A stretch of 64,000 nt of DNA. Origin: Octopus vulgaris (Eukaryota). The notes under the pieces were generated by a model. It searched no databases and had not been told where the DNA came from. It worked only from the letters and a program-made list of their open reading frames with translations. A program made the translations under genes and the position numbers. The stretch is taken from positions 13,082,001 through 13,146,000 of the forward strand of contig OX597825.1 in assembly GCA_951406725.2 (NCBI GenBank). Reading direction: 5' to 3'. This document shows, piece by piece, positions 62,622-64,000 of the stretch (the stretch's first letter is position 1; each line of letters starts with the position of its first letter).

Positions 62622-63344
62622 AATATTTTTTAAATTCTAAAACCAGCCGTAATCCAATAATATCCACTAATCCATACATTTGGGGATATAAAACGAACGC
62701 TGTTAATAGTAATTTAAAATTTATGAAATGTGTGAACGTGAGTGTGTGTGTGTGTGTATATGCATGTATATATATATCTGTGTGTGTGTTTATGTGTGTA
62801 TGTGCACGTATATATGTAAATATATATATATGTGTGTGTGTGTGCATGTATATATGTATATATATGTGTGTGCATGTGTATGCATATGTGTGTCTGTTTG
62901 TGTGTATATGTGGGTGCATATATGTATATGTGTGTGTGTTTGTGTCTGTATGTGCATGTAGATATGTATATATATGTGGGGGGGGGTCTGTTCGTCCGCT
63001 TGGTGTTTATGCTGGTGTGTTTACGTCTTCTTAACTTAGCGGCTCGGCAAAAGTCACCGACAGTATAAGCACCAGCGTTTCAAGGAAAGAAAATAGTACT
63101 GGGGTCGATTCATTGAAATAATAGTTCTACAGTGTGGTGCTCCAGCTTAGCCGCAGTCTAATAACTAAACAAGTCAATGATAAAACCATTCATCCATCAA
63201 TCCATACATACATACATAAAATTTTCCAGAAGTTTTTCATTTAAATATATATGAGCATGTCTAGATATGCAACTATATGCATGAAAATACATATATACAA
63301 TATACAAATCTGCGCGTATACATACACACGTGCATCTGTGTTAT

Positions 63345-63554
63345 GTTTGTGTGTCTGTGTTTGTCCCACAACATCGCTTGACAACCGATGCTGGTGTGTT
63401 TACATAACCGCAACTTTGCGGTTTGGCAAGAGAGACCGATAGATTAAGTACTAGGCTTACAAAGAATAAGTCCTGGGGGTGATTTGCTCGACTAAAGGCG
63501 GTGCTCCAGCAAGGCCACAGTCAAGTGACTGAATCGAGTAAAAGAGTAAAGAGT
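63345..63554 (+). mobile_element. SINE family A 3' half (a more decayed copy lies at ~62990-63185)
   Basis: tgtttgtcccacaacatcgcttgacaaccgatgctgg...ggcggtgctccagc. Confidence 0.88.
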
Positions 63555-63802
63555 ATACATACATGCATACACACATACATACATACATACATGCATACAT
63601 ACATACATCGATACATACATGCATACATACATACAAATAAACAAACAAAAGTACCCTGTTGTTGACGTTGAAATTCCAATAAAGGTGCCTTGAATCAAGG
63701 TTAGAAACCGGTTCTTTCTCTTTTAGCAAGAAATCTTGAAATAAATTGAATAATGATATACACCCACCCACTCATATCTACACACATACACGCACACACA
63801 CT

Positions 63803-63896
<94 letters not shown>

Positions 63897-64000
63897 TACA
63901 TACATACATACATAGATACATACATACATACATACATACATACATACATACATTACATACTATATATTTTTTTAGCCTGCTCAACTAAATACTTGAATGA

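Overview
AT-rich, microsatellite-saturated eukaryotic non-coding DNA. It is most likely octopus or another coleoid cephalopod, inferred from the SINE families and repeat density and not proven. No host gene exon, rRNA, true tRNA gene or CRISPR array can be supported, and almost all ORFs in the track are translated microsatellites. The window contains about 30 copies or fragments of four tRNA-headed SINE families (labelled A-D here). It also holds decayed Tc1/mariner, RTE, CR1 and R4/Dong-type fragments, and one intact 414-aa zinc-knuckle ORF (37233-38477). Best leads: (1) several distinct short non-coding elements sitting in or next to (TA)n tracts carry minimal type-I hammerhead-ribozyme-like motifs, including an inverted-plus-tandem 223-nt-unit element at 615-1214 (Penelope pLTR or retrozyme-like). 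(2) A 2.2-kb ORF1-only Tx1/L1-like retroelement is inserted with an imperfect TSD into a SINE tRNA head, and a related 3' end sits in (GATA)n. (3) SINE-B forms polar head-to-tail arrays with a fixed internal junction. (4) A CR1 LINE and SINE-A share a 3' tail whose hairpin covaries. All family assignments come from motif recognition by eye; no database search or folding program was run.
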